Virus record (IMG/VR): IMGVR_UViG_3300028024_000012
Span: 1 to 56,980 of that record
Length of the DNA stretch: 56,980 nt
DNA from: a virus
Lineage: Duplodnaviria > Caudoviricetes
Direction: 5' to 3' (one strand)
Shown: one piece after another, positions 42,457 through 52,111 of the stretch
Layout: each line of letters opens with the position of its first letter
Position numbering within the stretch: the first letter of the stretch is position 1
Translations under genes and position numbers: made by a program
Notes under the pieces: generated by a model
Told to the model about the DNA's origin: nothing
What the model saw: the letters and a program-made list of their open reading frames with translations, nothing else
The model's database searches: none

Positions 42457-42840
42457 ATGTCCGACCAACCAAGCCATCCGAGTGCCCGCACCTTCGTCGA
42501 TTTCGTCCGCATGCTGGAGCATGGCGAACTGGACCAGAAGCTCAGTGACGAGCTGCGCAATATCGAGGCCCATCTGAGCAACCACGCCCACGAATTCGGC
42601 GGCGGCAAGGCCAAGGGCAAGCTGACGCTGACGGTCGATTTCGAATTGAAGGGCGGCGTTTATGAACTGCAGGCCGACTTCAAGGTCAAGCTGCCGGAAC
42701 TGAAGCGCCCGCGCACCATCGCCTGGGCTACGCCCAACAACAACTTCACTCCCCAGGACCCCAAGCAGCTCACCATGTTCGGTGGTCCGCGCAAGGTCCA
42801 GGACGGCTATGGCGGCGACATCAAAGTGATGGACGCCTAA
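42457..42840 (+). CDS. Conserved prophage protein preceding DUF2303 (YfdP-like)
   Basis: KGKLTLTVDF...KVKLP...DPKQL pattern; synteny. Confidence 0.75.
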   Translation: MSDQPSHPSARTFVDFVRMLEHGELDQKLSDELRNIEAHLSNHAHEFGGGKAKGKLTLTVDFELKGGVYELQADFKVKLPELKRPRTIAWATPNNNFTPQDPKQLTMFGGPRKVQDGYGGDIKVMDA

Positions 42841-42880
42841 GCAGCCGCGTTTCCCTCAACCTCCAAAAGGACTTTGGAAC

Positions 42881-43882
42881 ATGGATACCTTGGAACAAGT
42901 CGCCGGCAAAAACATCGCTGACTCGCTTAGTGATATTTTGAAGGACAATCACACGCCAAAGCTAATCACCGTCGGCAAGACACCGAAGGGCGACGACATC
43001 AAGGCGCTGCAGGCGCCGAAGAATGTCGAGCTGAAGAGCGTCAAATCCCTGGTCGACGAATATGCGATCCAACCGGTGCGCCGGCGGGGCACCCATATCG
43101 TGACCTCTCTCGACAGTTTCATTGACCTGACGAACCGTTTCAAGGATGCCGATTCGGTGATCTTCGCTGATAGCAACATCCAGAATCCCGGACTGACGGC
43201 GGTGCTGAATTTCCACATCCATGGCGGCGATCTCGACAGCCCCGAAGATAACCTGGCCCGCTATGGCGATCATAAGGTGGACTACAAGCTTGCCCTGTCC
43301 AAGGAATGGCAGGCCTGGAAGGCGAAGGACGCACAGGTCATGAGCCAGGGCGACTTCGCCGCCTTCATCGAGGATCGCATCAGCGATGTATTGATGCCGG
43401 ATCCCGGCATGGTCGGCGATATCAGCGATGCCGCGACCGGCGGCGATTTCGGCGACCGGTCACCGGTCGAGCAGTTGGCCTATCTGGCGAAACTGCTGGG
43501 CGGCAGCTTCGCCACGCCTTCCAAGCTGCTGGAACTGTCGCGCGGCCTGGCGGTGCGGGACAACCTAGCCGTCAAAGAGGCCGCCAACCTGCAGACCGGT
43601 GAAGGCAAGATCCAGTGGCAGAGCCAGCACACCGATGAAGACGGCGTGCCGCTGATCATCCCGAACCTGTTCCTGATCGCCATCCCGATCTTCGAGAATA
43701 CGGGCGTCAATTGGCGGATGGCCGTGCGCCTCCGGTACCGCCTAGTCTCCGGTAAGATCATCTGGTTCTACCAGATCTATCGCGCCGAGTTGATCTTCGA
43801 CGCCGCCATCAAAGGCGCCAGCGAAAAGGCTCAGGTCGCGACGGAACTGCCGCTCTTCCTCGGCAAGCCCGCCAGCGCGTAA
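42881..43882 (+). CDS. DUF2303 (YfdQ) family protein
   Basis: SLDSFI, SKEWQAW, MSQGDFAAFIED, IPIFE, RLRYR. Confidence 0.88.
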   Translation: MDTLEQVAGKNIADSLSDILKDNHTPKLITVGKTPKGDDIKALQAPKNVELKSVKSLVDEYAIQPVRRRGTHIVTSLDSFIDLTNRFKDADSVIFADSNIQNPGLTAVLNFHIHGGDLDSPEDNLARYGDHKVDYKLALSKEWQAWKAKDAQVMSQGDFAAFIEDRISDVLMPDPGMVGDISDAATGGDFGDRSPVEQLAYLAKLLGGSFATPSKLLELSRGLAVRDNLAVKEAANLQTGEGKIQWQSQHTDEDGVPLIIPNLFLIAIPIFENTGVNWRMAVRLRYRLVSGKIIWFYQIYRAELIFDAAIKGASEKAQVATELPLFLGKPASA

Positions 43883-43890
43883 CCGCAGCC

Positions 43891-44139
43891 ATGCCTGCCG
43901 GCAATCTGTCGGCAGGCATCGACGGAGCGATGGAGAATTTGATGAGCGTCAACCATAACCCAGCGCAGATCACGCCGAAACGGCTGAATTGGCTGCGTAA
44001 GAACACGCCCCATTTCGCCGACACCTTTGACGGCGTCCGCGTGCCGATCGAGCAGGCCAATGCCGAAGCGGTCCGCATCTGGGAAGCGACGCCGCCGGAG
44101 ATGCGCTGCGGCGAGGCACCAATCGGAGCCAAATCATGA
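43891..44139 (+). CDS. Hypothetical protein
   Basis: ATGA overlap downstream; start probably 43930. Confidence 0.5.
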   Translation: MPAGNLSAGIDGAMENLMSVNHNPAQITPKRLNWLRKNTPHFADTFDGVRVPIEQANAEAVRIWEATPPEMRCGEAPIGAKS

Positions 44140-44639
44140 GCCAGCCATTGCTTGCCCCCCCGCCCCTGATCACTCTGCCGACCGACGCTATTCTGGCATC
44201 GGCCCGCAACCGGGCACCCGATTTCGTCGTCAAACGGTCGGACGGCGAATATCTGCGGCGGTGGTGGATCGTGCCGCGCAATGACCAGTTCAATATCTAC
44301 CTGCATCAGTTCGTCCAGGATGACGACGATCGTGCCCTGCACGACCACCCATGGCATAGCGCGTCAATCGGGCAGATCGGCGGCTATGACGAGCTGCTGC
44401 CCAACGACATGACCGTAACGCGCCTGCCCGGCGACTTGATCTATCGCGAGCCGGAACATGCTCACCGCGTTCGATTGTTCCGCGATGCGCAGGGTCAGCC
44501 GATCGAGGCGTGGACGCTATTCATCACCGGCCCTCGTGTCCGCCAGTGGGGTTTCCACTGTCCGAAAGGCTGGGTGCATTGGGAACAGTTCACCGCCGCC
44601 AACGATCCCGGCGCCGTCGGCAAGGGGTGTGGGGAATGA
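44136..44639 (+). CDS. Cupin-like phage protein
   Basis: YLHQF...D.DRALHDHPW, HRV.L, WTLFITG.R...WGF. Confidence 0.8.
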   Translation: MSQPLLAPPPLITLPTDAILASARNRAPDFVVKRSDGEYLRRWWIVPRNDQFNIYLHQFVQDDDDRALHDHPWHSASIGQIGGYDELLPNDMTVTRLPGDLIYREPEHAHRVRLFRDAQGQPIEAWTLFITGPRVRQWGFHCPKGWVHWEQFTAANDPGAVGKGCGE

Positions 44640-44839
44640 GTGCCCGATTGGCAAAAAGTTACGAAAAGCAGTTTCACGAGCTGCGGCAGGCTAGGCATGA
44701 CTTGGAAGCGACTGAGCGCAAGCTGCGCCAGATTCACCAGATCGCAATCACACGCCATACCTTCACCTCGCCTGCAGATCACGCTGAAAAGCTGACTCTG
44801 ACTCTGGGGCAGATCGCCAAGCTCTCGGAGGAACCATGA
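44636..44839 (+). CDS. Small coiled-coil hypothetical protein
   Basis: ATGA overlaps at both ends. Confidence 0.55.
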   Translation: MSARLAKSYEKQFHELRQARHDLEATERKLRQIHQIAITRHTFTSPADHAEKLTLTLGQIAKLSEEP

Positions 44840-45354
44840 GCGGTGCACGCGAATATTGGCCGGAGGCCTATTGCGACGAGATGATGCCTGCGAGCCGGCC
44901 GAATCCTGACGCCTGGATCGAGCGGCTGCCGAACGGCGACTTCCAATTGGCGGACTACAACGAAGATGAGGACGGCCAACCGGTGCGGCACGGCGATGGC
45001 ATCGTCATTCAGAACGGCCAGGTGATCGAGTTTTGCTGGTGCCAGCCGACGCCGGATATCGAGATCACCGTCAATCCGGATGGCAGCTTCGAACAACACA
45101 GTAAGGTCGATCCGAACAGCACGCATTTCTGGCTGTCCGGCGATCCGGACACGCTCGATTATTCGCTGGCTGAGTTCGCGCGCCATTATGCGCAGAACGA
45201 CGTCTTTCCCGCATCGCTCCCGGAACAGATGACCGTCCGCACTGCCTGTTGGGGTGATGAATGCTACCGTTTCGTCGTCCTGGACACGACGGCGCGCTTC
45301 GAGCTTGCGACACCGGACGCCGCGACCGCTGAACCGGTGAAGCATGAGCGATAA
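44836..45354 (+). CDS. Hypothetical acidic protein
   Basis: GGAGG RBS, coupled. Confidence 0.65.
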   Translation: MSGAREYWPEAYCDEMMPASRPNPDAWIERLPNGDFQLADYNEDEDGQPVRHGDGIVIQNGQVIEFCWCQPTPDIEITVNPDGSFEQHSKVDPNSTHFWLSGDPDTLDYSLAEFARHYAQNDVFPASLPEQMTVRTACWGDECYRFVVLDTTARFELATPDAATAEPVKHER

Positions 45355-46447
45355 ATCCAACATCGAATGGACGGACGCGACCTGGAATCCGATCCGGGGG
45401 TGCTCGCGTGTCTCAGAAGGGTGCCGAGGCTGCTATGCAGAGCGCGTCGCGGCCCGCTTCGCGGATGACGAGCAGGCATATGCCGGGCTAGCGCATTATG
45501 TGAAGCGACAGGATGGCACGCGCGAGGCGCGATGGACTGGTGAACTGACCTTTGGCCACAACCTCGATCAGCCGCTGACATGGCGACGACCCAGGCACAT
45601 CTTCGTCAACTCGATGTCTGACCTGTTCCATGAGAAACTATCGATAGACGAGATCGCCACGGTGTTTGCGATCTGTGTCGCGGCTCACCATCTCAACGGC
45701 CACATTCTTCAGATCCTCACCAAGCGGTCGGTGCGGCTGTTCGGAATCCTGCATAAGCCGGAATTCTGGGAGCAGGTGAATATCGAAGCCGGACTGCACG
45801 TCATGGAAGGCACAGATCCACTTGCCCGCCGCAGCGACGATGCACGCGCTACGCTAGAGGAGTATGGCCCGGACAATCCGCCGCCCGGGATTTGGCTCGG
45901 CGTTTCCGTCGAGAACCAAGAGGCTGCGGATGACCGAATTCCGGACCTGCTTGGCACGCCGGCGGCGAAGCGTTTCATCAGCGCCGAGCCATTGCTGGGG
46001 ACGATCGATTTGGATTCGTCACTCGGTGGTACGCAGTGGATTGGTGGGCAGCGCGGCTGCGAGGGCACACACTGCGGGGCCGGCACGCCGGATTGTCCGA
46101 AGGAGCCGCACCACCACCACGATGAACGCTGCAATCGAGGACTGGATTGGGTGATCGTCGGAGGCGAGAGCGGCCCCAAGGCCCGACCGATGCATCCCGA
46201 CTGGGCACGGACTTTGCGCGACCAGTGCCAGGCGGCCGGTGTGCCGTTCTTTTTCAAGCAGTGGGGCGAGTGGGCACGACTCACCAGCGACATCATCGGT
46301 CCGAATGGTTCGGTGAAAACGTCGCCGCGTGGCAGCGTTAACTGGCGAGCATACCAGCCGGACTCGATTGGTGGAATGTTCCGCGTTGGCAAGAAAGCTG
46401 CCGGCCGGCTGCTGGATGGCCGTACATGGGATGAGGTGCCGGCATGA
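45344..46447 (+). CDS. Phage Gp37/Gp68 (DUF5131) radical-SAM-like protein
   Basis: IEWTDATWNP..GC..VS.GC..CYA, FVNSMSDLFH, VGGESG, PFFFKQWG. Confidence 0.92.
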   Translation: MSDKSNIEWTDATWNPIRGCSRVSEGCRGCYAERVAARFADDEQAYAGLAHYVKRQDGTREARWTGELTFGHNLDQPLTWRRPRHIFVNSMSDLFHEKLSIDEIATVFAICVAAHHLNGHILQILTKRSVRLFGILHKPEFWEQVNIEAGLHVMEGTDPLARRSDDARATLEEYGPDNPPPGIWLGVSVENQEAADDRIPDLLGTPAAKRFISAEPLLGTIDLDSSLGGTQWIGGQRGCEGTHCGAGTPDCPKEPHHHHDERCNRGLDWVIVGGESGPKARPMHPDWARTLRDQCQAAGVPFFFKQWGEWARLTSDIIGPNGSVKTSPRGSVNWRAYQPDSIGGMFRVGKKAAGRLLDGRTWDEVPA

Positions 46448-46485
46448 CCGCAGTCACACCGGCACCTCATTTGGCAGAGACTGGG

Positions 46486-46719
46486 TTACCCCGCCAAATC
46501 GATGCTATCGCGCAGCGGAGCGATGACCTTGCGCTCCAGATCAGCGGCCATTTCGGCGGGCAGACTGGGTTCGATCGCTTCGATCTCCCAGTTGCATCCG
46601 TGACGCGGTTCGGAGAGTCGCCGGACCCTTACATTGTGAATGAGTCCAGGGGCTTGATCGCCAATTTTAATGAGCAGGTACCGCTCAAGCGGCTCGCGGA
46701 ACATGGAGGCCTTTGCCAT
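46486..46719 (-). CDS. Small antisense moron protein (77 aa)
   Basis: GGAGG RBS; CNWEI...IAPLR...DL; TTGACA upstream at 46786..46781. Confidence 0.6.
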   Translation of the reverse strand: MAKASMFREPLERYLLIKIGDQAPGLIHNVRVRRLSEPRHGCNWEIEAIEPSLPAEMAADLERKVIAPLRDSIDLAG

Positions 46720-46845
46720 TCGACTACCCTCCAGCCCAAAGGACTGATGAACAGTCATCATCCCTGTAGTTGCGAACAAGTGTCAATCCGCTCCTTTGTA
46801 AAAGTTTATTCATCTTTCCGCGGGGCGGTACCGGCAGCGATCACC

Positions 46846-47178
46846 TCACAGCCCGGCCAGATCAGCCTCGTTAAAGAACACGATGCCCCCAGACTTGGCG
46901 CGGGCCGTATCTCGGATCGCGGCATTAATGCGGTCTTCAACAGCAGACCGGCGCGTATCGATGGCCGCGATGCACTGCGAAACCGTCGCAAAGGGCAAAT
47001 CGAGGGTGATCTGAACCGCGATTTTCGTCATGCCGACGGCTGCGAGGCCATTGTCGCCACCTTCGATTTTGAAAATGAACAGCCCATTCGAATCATTCCA
47101 GCAGCCATTGGAAATGATCTTCAGACGGTTAGCGATGCGCTTTGCTGCACTGGCGGGGACTTCCTGGCGTTCCATCAT
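46846..47178 (-). CDS. Small antisense moron protein (110 aa)
   Basis: GGAGG RBS before MMERQ; protein-like composition, lower GC. Confidence 0.55.
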   Translation of the reverse strand: MMERQEVPASAAKRIANRLKIISNGCWNDSNGLFIFKIEGGDNGLAAVGMTKIAVQITLDLPFATVSQCIAAIDTRRSAVEDRINAAIRDTARAKSGGIVFFNEADLAGL

Positions 47179-47435
47179 GCCTCCCAAAAAGGGACGCGAG
47201 ATACCGGTCAAGCCTTGGGGGTTCCTGAACCGGCACCTCGCGCGGCTGGTCATCGACGAATGACGTCTCCCAGCGACGTCGTTCTGCCGGCCGCCAACGG
47301 GGGTTGCGGATACCGTGCGAAACGCCGCCTTAGCCTTAGGATAAGTCGCTTCGCGGGTAACATCCTCATCCAAATAGAGGAGAGCAAGGCGCCACACAGA
47401 AACGTGACATCGCCGTCGTCGAAGGTGGTGGCGGC

Positions 47436-49286
47436 ATGATCCGCCCTGACGAGCTAATCATCGACAACTTCGCCGGCGGCGGCGGTGCCAGCACGGGGAT
47501 CGAGATGGCGCTTGGCCGGCCGGTGGACGTAGCCATCAATCACGACCCCGAAGCCGTGGCGATGCACCAGGCGAACCACCCGCACACGCTGCACTATTGC
47601 CAATCGGTCTGGAAGGCTGATCCCCGCGACGTCGTGATGGCGGCATCCCGCCGGCGTGGCAGCGATGCGCCGCTGCCGGTGGGACTGGCCTGGTTCTCCC
47701 CGGACTGCAAGCACTTCAGCAAGGCCAAGGGCGGCAGGCCGGTGGAAAACCACATCCGGGATCTGGCCTGGGTCGTGGTGCATTGGGCAAAGCTTGTGAA
47801 GCCGCGCGTCATCATGCTGGAGAACGTCGAGGAGTTCCGGACCTGGGCACCTCTGCGGGTGCGCAAATGGCCCAATGGAACAGATATGTTCGACCTGCAT
47901 GGAAACGCGGTGCTGGAGCCGGACCCTGCTCGGGCCGGCCAGACGTTCTGGCGCTGGATCCGGCAGCTGCGCAGCCATGGGTATACGGACATTCAATGGC
48001 GCGAAGTGCGCGCGATGACCAGCGACGCCCCGACGATCCGCAAACGACTAATTATTAAAGCTGTCCGGGCTGGCGAGAAGGTCCGCTGGGCGAAGCCGAC
48101 ACATGGTCCCGCAAAGGGACTGAAGCCCTACCGGACGGCGGCCGAATGCATCGATTGGTCGCTGCCCTGTCCATCGATCTTCCTCACCAAGGAAGAAGCG
48201 CGAAAGGTCGGTGCAAAACGCCCGCTGGTCGAGAATACCGAACGCCGCATCGCCGCCGGCACCCGCAGATTCGTTCTCCAGGCCGCGAAGCCATTCATCA
48301 TCCCGATCACCCATGCCGGCGACAGCCGCACGCACGATATCGACGAGCCGATGCGGACGCAGACTACGGCCAATCGGGGCGAGCATGCCTTGATTGTGCC
48401 GACCTTCGTCGGTTGCGGGGGGCGCGCAGGCCAATCAAGGCCTCGTAGCGGCGATGAACCATTCGCCACCGCCACTGCGAAGCCGGATACCTGCGTCGTT
48501 GCGGCCCACATTACCAAGTTCCGCAGCAATGCCATCGGCAGCGACATGACTGAGCCGATGCCGACCGTCACCGCCAACAGCTTTATCAAGCGGCCCGGCG
48601 GCAGTGCACCTGTGGGCCTGGTGACCGCCTATTTGGCCCAGCACAATACGGGCGTCATCGGCCGCGCCGCGAACGAGCCGCTTTCGACCGTTACGAAGGC
48701 TGGCGCGCAGCAGCAGATCGTCACAAGCCACTTGGTCAAGCTGCGCAATAACCAAGATGGTCAAAGTGTCGAGACACCGATGCCGACTCTGACGAGCGGC
48801 GGCGGTCATGTGGGCGAGATACGTTGCTTCCTCGTCAAATATTACGGCTCCGGCGGACAGGACCAGGCGGTCACAGAGCCGATGCACACCCTCACGGCCA
48901 AGCCCAGAATGGGCCTGGTACAGGCCGAGCTGGTCGAGGTGCAGACCGACCTGCCGGATGATCTCCGCTATGCGGCATGGTGGGTTGCGCGTTTCCTGGA
49001 AAAGTACGATCCGGAACCTAAACCTCTGATCGTGGGGCCGAGGGCCTCTGCTGTTGGCACTGGCGGGTACGTGCTGACCGATATCGGCATGCGGATGCTG
49101 ACCCCACGCGAACGGTTCCGAGCGCAGGGTTTCCCGGACAGCTACATCATCGACCCGATCTACAACGGTAAACCGCTCAGCGAAACCGCCCAGGGCCGCA
49201 TGTGTGGGAACTCGGTCTGCCCCGACATGGCGGCGGCAGAGGTGGCGGCACAGTTCGGACCGATCGAGTTGGCGGAGGTCGCATGA
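47436..49286 (+). CDS. DNA (cytosine-5) methyltransferase with repeated variable region
   Basis: FAGGGG, SPDC, ENV, RKR, AQGFP, GNSV. Confidence 0.93.
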   Translation: MIRPDELIIDNFAGGGGASTGIEMALGRPVDVAINHDPEAVAMHQANHPHTLHYCQSVWKADPRDVVMAASRRRGSDAPLPVGLAWFSPDCKHFSKAKGGRPVENHIRDLAWVVVHWAKLVKPRVIMLENVEEFRTWAPLRVRKWPNGTDMFDLHGNAVLEPDPARAGQTFWRWIRQLRSHGYTDIQWREVRAMTSDAPTIRKRLIIKAVRAGEKVRWAKPTHGPAKGLKPYRTAAECIDWSLPCPSIFLTKEEARKVGAKRPLVENTERRIAAGTRRFVLQAAKPFIIPITHAGDSRTHDIDEPMRTQTTANRGEHALIVPTFVGCGGRAGQSRPRSGDEPFATATAKPDTCVVAAHITKFRSNAIGSDMTEPMPTVTANSFIKRPGGSAPVGLVTAYLAQHNTGVIGRAANEPLSTVTKAGAQQQIVTSHLVKLRNNQDGQSVETPMPTLTSGGGHVGEIRCFLVKYYGSGGQDQAVTEPMHTLTAKPRMGLVQAELVEVQTDLPDDLRYAAWWVARFLEKYDPEPKPLIVGPRASAVGTGGYVLTDIGMRMLTPRERFRAQGFPDSYIIDPIYNGKPLSETAQGRMCGNSVCPDMAAAEVAAQFGPIELAEVA

Positions 49287-49387
49287 CGTTCCAATCGGCA
49301 ATCCAGTTCCTGCTTTGGTGGCCGTTGGCTTCGATCATAACCCTTGCAGCCTATGTGATTGCGGCAACGCGCTGGAGGCGGGGCTGA
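49283..49387 (+). CDS. Small membrane peptide (34 aa)
   Basis: GGAGG RBS, coupled at both ends, one TM. Confidence 0.5.
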   Translation: MTFQSAIQFLLWWPLASIITLAAYVIAATRWRRG

Positions 49388-49617
49388 TGACGCATCATTG
49401 CCACGCGAAGGGCTGCCAGGCAGCGGTCCCACCCAAGATGTTCATGTGCAAGAAACACTGGTACGCGCTGCCGAAGCCGATGCGCGATGCCATCTGGGCG
49501 GTCTATCGGCCCGGCCAGGAGCAAGACAAGAATCCGTCGCGCGCCTATATCGAGACCGCCAATGAGGCGATCGCATGGTTGGCAGCGAAGGAAAACCGGC
49601 AAGGAGCACTGCTATGA
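49387..49617 (+). CDS. Small Zn-binding hypothetical protein
   Basis: HHCHAKGC...MC..HW..LP. Confidence 0.7.
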   Translation: MTHHCHAKGCQAAVPPKMFMCKKHWYALPKPMRDAIWAVYRPGQEQDKNPSRAYIETANEAIAWLAAKENRQGALL

Positions 49618-49805
49618 CGTCGCCCGGCGGAGAACCCATGTTCAAGCGGCACATCAATGCTGCCTTCAAGCGCGGCAAAAAGGTCGGCACGCTGAAAGGG
49701 CGGGACGGCATGAAGGCCGATATCCTCGCGCTGATCCAGCGCGTGGATGGCTTGCCTCAGAAGTGTGAAGAAATGCTGGTGCAGCAGATCTCGGACCTGA
49801 AGTAG
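49614..49805 (+). CDS. Small hypothetical protein
   Basis: AAGGAG RBS, ATGA overlap. Confidence 0.55.
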   Translation: MTSPGGEPMFKRHINAAFKRGKKVGTLKGRDGMKADILALIQRVDGLPQKCEEMLVQQISDLK

Positions 49806-49820
49806 CGGAGAGAGCGGGAC

Positions 49821-50276
49821 ATGAAAGCCCTTACCATCTGGCAGCCATGGGCGAGTCTGATCATGATCGGCGCCAAGGCCTTCGAATTCCGTTGTTGGCC
49901 CGCACCGAAATTCGTCCGGGGTCAGCGCATCGTCATCCATGCCGGCGCGCGCAAGGTCAAGCGCGGCGAGATTGCCGAGCTGCTGAACGATCCGAGCCGG
50001 TTGCGCGGCAGCACTGGCGGCGACGATCGGCAGATGTCGCTTGCACTCGATCTGCTGGAGAAGACCATGACGAGCCCCGGCCGTCTGCCGCTGGCCATGG
50101 GCCTTGGAACCGTCCTGCTCGGCGAACCGAAGCGAGCGACCGAGCTATTCGCCGCCACCATGGACCCGGAAGAGATCAATCCGGATATGTGGGGCTGGCC
50201 GGTCAGCGAGGTACAGAGCTTCGAGATGCCCGTGCCGGCGAAGGGGATGCAGGGCTTATGGGACTGGAAGGACTGA
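49821..50276 (+). CDS. ASCH domain protein
   Basis: MKALTIWQPWASLI..GAK..E.R.W, IHAG, PAKG.QGLW. Confidence 0.9.
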   Translation: MKALTIWQPWASLIMIGAKAFEFRCWPAPKFVRGQRIVIHAGARKVKRGEIAELLNDPSRLRGSTGGDDRQMSLALDLLEKTMTSPGRLPLAMGLGTVLLGEPKRATELFAATMDPEEINPDMWGWPVSEVQSFEMPVPAKGMQGLWDWKD

Positions 50277-50280
50277 CAGC

Positions 50281-50457
50281 ATGAAGACCTTCCGTCACTT
50301 CCTCCGCGGCATCAACAGCATGCAGCGCGGGCCGATCGACAGCAGCGAGCACTGGAAGGTCCGCGAAGAGATTGCGAAGGCCGGCCGGGAGCGGGCCAAG
50401 CTGAAGGAGGACCGGGCAACTCAACGGTACAACGAGGCACGGAAGGTGAAGCTATGA
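50281..50457 (+). CDS. Small hypothetical protein
   Basis: AAGGA RBS, ATGA overlap downstream. Confidence 0.55.
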   Translation: MKTFRHFLRGINSMQRGPIDSSEHWKVREEIAKAGRERAKLKEDRATQRYNEARKVKL

Positions 50458-50882
50458 GCGAGACGAAGATATTGACCGATGCGCAACGCGATGAATTGGC
50501 CGAGAAGCTGAAAATGATCGACGCAGCCATCGCGCCATTGCGCGCCGCCGTGAAGCCGTTCGAGGACGCCTTGGCATCGCTCAATGAGTTCCGCGAGACG
50601 GTGCTAGAGGAGTATGGCGCCGAGATCCTCGACACCTGCATCGGCTGCGAGAAGCTCATACTGGTGGGCGATCTCGGCCACTATTGCGCCGATGGCCCGC
50701 ATTGCTGCGTCGAGTGCGCACCGACCTGGGGCCAAACGAAAGAGCAATATGAGGAAATCGCCGCCGATGGGTGCGAGGGGTCGGAACTGGAGCCAGAGGA
50801 CATCGAGGCCGGCTTGAAGGCGGTACAGGCGCATCTCGACGCCGGCGGCAGTCTCGACGACAAGCACGTGTGGAAACTGTGA
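50454..50882 (+). CDS. Hypothetical protein with CxxC...CxxC
   Basis: CIGC, CVEC. Confidence 0.7.
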   Translation: MSETKILTDAQRDELAEKLKMIDAAIAPLRAAVKPFEDALASLNEFRETVLEEYGAEILDTCIGCEKLILVGDLGHYCADGPHCCVECAPTWGQTKEQYEEIAADGCEGSELEPEDIEAGLKAVQAHLDAGGSLDDKHVWKL

Positions 50883-50886
50883 GGGT

Positions 50887-51612
50887 GTGATGGCGGACGA
50901 ACAGAAGACGGCCGAGATGTGGGCCGCGTTGATAGAGCGCTTGCAGGATAGCCAGGCGCGCATCGCCAGGATGTGCTCAGAGGCCCGGCCTCCGAAGATG
51001 TCTATTCCGGCAGACCCCGTGCGCGATGATGACCTCGTGATTTGCGCCGCTATCCGTGACGCCATCGCAGCCCTCCGACAGCCGCCAGCGTCGGAAGCAA
51101 GACCGGTTGATATGCTGCTGTTCTGCCCCAAGTGCGGCACACAGCACGTGGATGCGCCGGACGGCAAGGGTTGGGACAACCCGCCGCACCGCTCGCATCT
51201 CTGCCACGCCTGCGGCTGTGTCTGGCGGCCGGCAGACGTGCCGACCAATGGCGTCGCGGAGATCAAGACCAAGGGTTCCGTCGATAACCATCCAGCCAAG
51301 CCGAGCACGCCCACGGCCGGCGATCGGCCGACCGTCATCGTGAACGTCTTCAAAGGCGAATGGATCAACTGCATGTTCACCGATGAGGTAAGAGTTCTGA
51401 TGATCGACGAAAGCAGCCCGCGCGATCGCGTCTATGAGCTGACGATCACTAGCACACCGGAGGAGATCGCCAAGGCAATCGGCGACAGCCCGGTCGGCAA
51501 TGATCGCGACGGTATGCTGACCGAGAGCCAGCGGCGCGGCATCATCGCCGCCGAGGCCCGCGAGCGTGGCGAGACACTGGTCCTCGTCAAAGCGGAGGAT
51601 TCGGACCAATGA
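50887..51612 (+). CDS. Composite hypothetical protein with Zn-finger module
   Basis: LFCPKCG.QHVD...NPPHRSHLC..CG..WRPAD. Confidence 0.75.
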   Translation: MMADEQKTAEMWAALIERLQDSQARIARMCSEARPPKMSIPADPVRDDDLVICAAIRDAIAALRQPPASEARPVDMLLFCPKCGTQHVDAPDGKGWDNPPHRSHLCHACGCVWRPADVPTNGVAEIKTKGSVDNHPAKPSTPTAGDRPTVIVNVFKGEWINCMFTDEVRVLMIDESSPRDRVYELTITSTPEEIAKAIGDSPVGNDRDGMLTESQRRGIIAAEARERGETLVLVKAEDSDQ

Positions 51613-51953
51613 CCAAGCCCGTCCGTATCCAGCCGCAGCGCACCAAGGGCTGGCGGATGCCACCCAACACGGTGAAGGTTGATCGCTCAACACGATGGGG
51701 TAACCCCTGCAAGATCGGCCAATTCGAGGGTTACAGCGCGGACGAAGCCGTCCGCGATTTCCGTCTCTGGATTGAGCGAGACCCAACCGTACGCAGCTTC
51801 GAGAATGCCCATGGCAAACCGCCAAGCATCGCAGAGATCCACCAGCAGCTTGCCGGCCAGAATCTGGCCTGCTGGTGCAAACCCGGCGCGCCGTGTCATG
51901 CCGACGTGCTGCTGGAGATGGCGAATCGAGAGGATGTCCCATGCAGAAACTGA
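51609..51953 (+). CDS. DUF4326 family protein
   Basis: KGWRMP.NTVKVDR..RWGNP, L.G.NLACWC, CHADVL. Confidence 0.88.
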   Translation: MTKPVRIQPQRTKGWRMPPNTVKVDRSTRWGNPCKIGQFEGYSADEAVRDFRLWIERDPTVRSFENAHGKPPSIAEIHQQLAGQNLACWCKPGAPCHADVLLEMANREDVPCRN

Positions 51954-52111
51954 AGGCTCAAACCCCACCGCCGGCACAGCCGTCACACCCGACAGTGATC
52001 GCCCTGGCGCAGCTGCTTGCCCGGGTCGCCCTCGCGGCGCACAATGGCGCCGCACCGGAAGAGACACCGACCAATGACAATGATCCGCGCCGCCATCTAC
52101 GCCAGGTATAG
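51941..52111 (+). CDS. Small helical protein upstream of integrase, candidate directionality factor
   Basis: GAGGA RBS; ALAQLLARVA helix; overlaps integrase start. Confidence 0.5.
   Translation: MQKLKAQTPPPAQPSHPTVIALAQLLARVALAAHNGAAPEETPTNDNDPRRHLRQV

Noticed and set aside
35254-49286. Restriction-modification system
   Set aside because: No recognisable endonuclease beside either MTase; treated as orphan MTases.
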